Shown here: piece after piece, positions 43,648-45,063 of the stretch | Layout of the letters: each line of letters starts with the position of its first letter | Position numbering within the stretch: the first letter of the stretch is position 1 | Virus record (IMG/VR): IMGVR_UViG_3300025087_002150 | DNA length: 45,063 nt | From: a virus | Direction: 5' to 3' (one strand) | Made by a program: the position numbers and the translations under genes | Notes under the pieces: generated by a model | What the model was told of the DNA's origin: nothing | The model's database searches: none | The model's input: the letters and a program-made list of their open reading frames with translations, nothing else

Positions 43648-43935
43648 CTAAATCATTACTGGGATGATGCGGTCTATTCCCGCAGTCACCAGAACATTAT
43701 CTCTATTGCTAGAGTTCAGGTTATTATCTGGATTTGCTGATTGTGATTTGATGTGGCATTCTTTTTCTCTACAATTCGCTATATGCTTCTGTATTTCTTC
43801 TTCTTTTCTTCTCTCATATCTTTCGTGTGCTTCTCTTGGCGAATAATATCTTCTCCTTCTGGAACAGCCAAGCATCGCATTTATTTCTCTTATTGGGTTT
43901 TCCATTCTTTCCTCTTTCTCTTCAGTCTTGCTCAT
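43648..43935 (-). CDS. Hypothetical protein
   Basis: Coupled ORF. Confidence 0.55.
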   Translation of the reverse strand: MSKTEEKEERMENPIREINAMLGCSRRRRYYSPREAHERYERRKEEEIQKHIANCREKECHIKSQSANPDNNLNSSNRDNVLVTAGIDRIIPVMI

Positions 43936-44237
43936 CTCTTCTCCCTCGCATCTGAAACTTCTTGAGCTTTGGGTTCTCCATCTCTATTAAAATTCTCACC
44001 CTCCCAAAAAGTCCCGAAATCATCTGCGTGTGGGTTAACTTCTTCTCTTAAGCCATCTCTCCTTATCGTATCGTAGTAAGCCCACCTTTCAATCATAGCG
44101 AACATTTCTCTATACCTGCTTTGATTCAATTCTGCTTTTGATATGTTGAACTTTTCTGCCATCATATCAAACATATCTCTCCACGCATTTACTTCATTTC
44201 TTATTTTCACACGTGTTTCATCTTTCATCTTCTTCAT
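43932..44237 (-). CDS. Hypothetical protein
   Basis: Track ORF under a TATA promoter. Confidence 0.6.
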   Translation of the reverse strand: MKKMKDETRVKIRNEVNAWRDMFDMMAEKFNISKAELNQSRYREMFAMIERWAYYDTIRRDGLREEVNPHADDFGTFWEGENFNRDGEPKAQEVSDAREKR

Positions 44238-44298
44238 AATATATAGACACAGGGTAGAATTTTATAAAAATAAAAAAAGAAAAAGAAGAAAAGAAAGA
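44238..44298 (-). promoter_or_regulatory. Oligo-T terminator followed by a leaderless TATA promoter
   Basis: T-rich run after the 44299 stop; TTTATAAA (44261-44268) 23 nt before ATG 44237. Confidence 0.6.
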
Positions 44299-44748
44299 CT
44301 AAAAGTCAATAACCTTCAGCTCTCTTTCCCTTGTTCTGTGGAAGTGTGTTCCGTTGCTCCTGTCAAAAACAAACAAGTCTCTAAACCTAGCCGTAGTAGT
44401 CCCAACGACTTTGCAGTTCTCCTTAATGAACTTGCCTATTTTATGCTGTAACTTGTCGTTGGCTCTGCCCGAAAAGTCTGCCTTAATAAACTGGTTGTCG
44501 TTCTTGTAGTCATCCCTTAGCACTATGTAAAATAAGTGCTCTCTGGTTAAGTCTGCGTGTATGTTGGCTCTGTATTCTCTTAGGAGAGTTAAGAGCCTCT
44601 CGTTCACTTGTGCCTTGCGTTCTCTTGAGCCTCTGCCCCTGCAATCAGTTAAGAGCAAGTTTTTAATGGCTTCTCTTTGTATCTCTGTCCTTCCTCGTTC
44701 CTGTCGTGGCTCACCCCCTTTTATTTGTTGCCTTGTTATTGTTTTCAT
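44299..44748 (-). CDS. Hypothetical protein
   Basis: Coupled ORF. Confidence 0.65.
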   Translation of the reverse strand: MKTITRQQIKGGEPRQERGRTEIQREAIKNLLLTDCRGRGSRERKAQVNERLLTLLREYRANIHADLTREHLFYIVLRDDYKNDNQFIKADFSGRANDKLQHKIGKFIKENCKVVGTTTARFRDLFVFDRSNGTHFHRTRERELKVIDF

Positions 44749-44960
44749 TTTCTTACCTCTAAATGAACTGCAAGAAGTCTATTAAAGAACTCTTGTCTCA
44801 TATCTAAGCCTGTCCACTTCTGAACGATATTCATAGCTTGGTTTAGTTCTGCTTTCTCTTCTTGAGAAAGCTCCTTCACTAATGCTATTGCATCAGCACA
44901 AGTTTTTGCTTCTATATATCGTTGCTTGAAGTCAGCAAATTTATTCTTTTGTGTTTTCAT
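44745..44960 (-). CDS. Hypothetical protein
   Basis: Track ORF 44745..45020 with start moved to MKTQK after the GAGGT leader. Confidence 0.55.
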   Translation of the reverse strand: MKTQKNKFADFKQRYIEAKTCADAIALVKELSQEEKAELNQAMNIVQKWTGLDMRQEFFNRLLAVHLEVRK

Positions 44961-45063
44961 TTTCTCATACCTCAAAAATGTTTTATTTTCTGTTCTGCTT
45001 AACGCATTACTTCTTTTCACGCATTACTCCTTTATATATCTTTCTATACCAACTCTCACATTC

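Larger units (their letters stand above)
1..45063. mobile_element. Putative archaeal (DPANN-like host) tailless/enveloped virus or virus-like element, possibly near-complete
   Basis: Divergent early/late gene blocks, A32-like ATPase, many membrane and adhesin genes, AEP primase, no housekeeping operons, archaeal promoters; no tailed-phage hallmark genes seen. Confidence 0.8.

Overview
This window looks like most or all of a ~45 kb, AT-rich genome of an archaeal virus or virus-like element. BRE/TATA promoters, NKKG-type class III signal peptides, heavily sequon-rich surface proteins and a PriS-like primase point to an archaeal host, most plausibly a DPANN lineage (inference). It has two divergent blocks. 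The minus-strand 'early' block (7963->1 and 45063->34397) holds an AEP primase-polymerase, an AAA+ ATPase, a LAGLIDADG-DNA ligase fusion with an in-frame stop, a Ku-like protein, an Lsm-like protein, an HNH nuclease, a truncated ATPase-intein gene, several wHTH and Zn-finger proteins, and many tiny translationally coupled paralogous ORFs. The plus-strand 'late' block (8216->34324) holds an FtsK/HerA (A32-like) ATPase, a candidate major membrane-anchored virion protein, a CPBP intramembrane protease, many small membrane proteins, basic proteins, large Ig/CBM96/beta-helix adhesins and a thermonuclease. I saw no HK97 capsid, terminase, portal, tail, integrase, PolB, RT, tRNA/rRNA or CRISPR array, so a tailless, probably enveloped particle is inferred. 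The main leads are a junction-motif gene-cassette shuffling pattern, an orphan DGR-type variable region, a multi-hairpin insert inside the primase gene, a possible Ku+ligase+AEP end-joining kit, and a 96-bp direct repeat bracketing an adhesin cassette. All protein calls are from motifs read by eye; no database searches were run.
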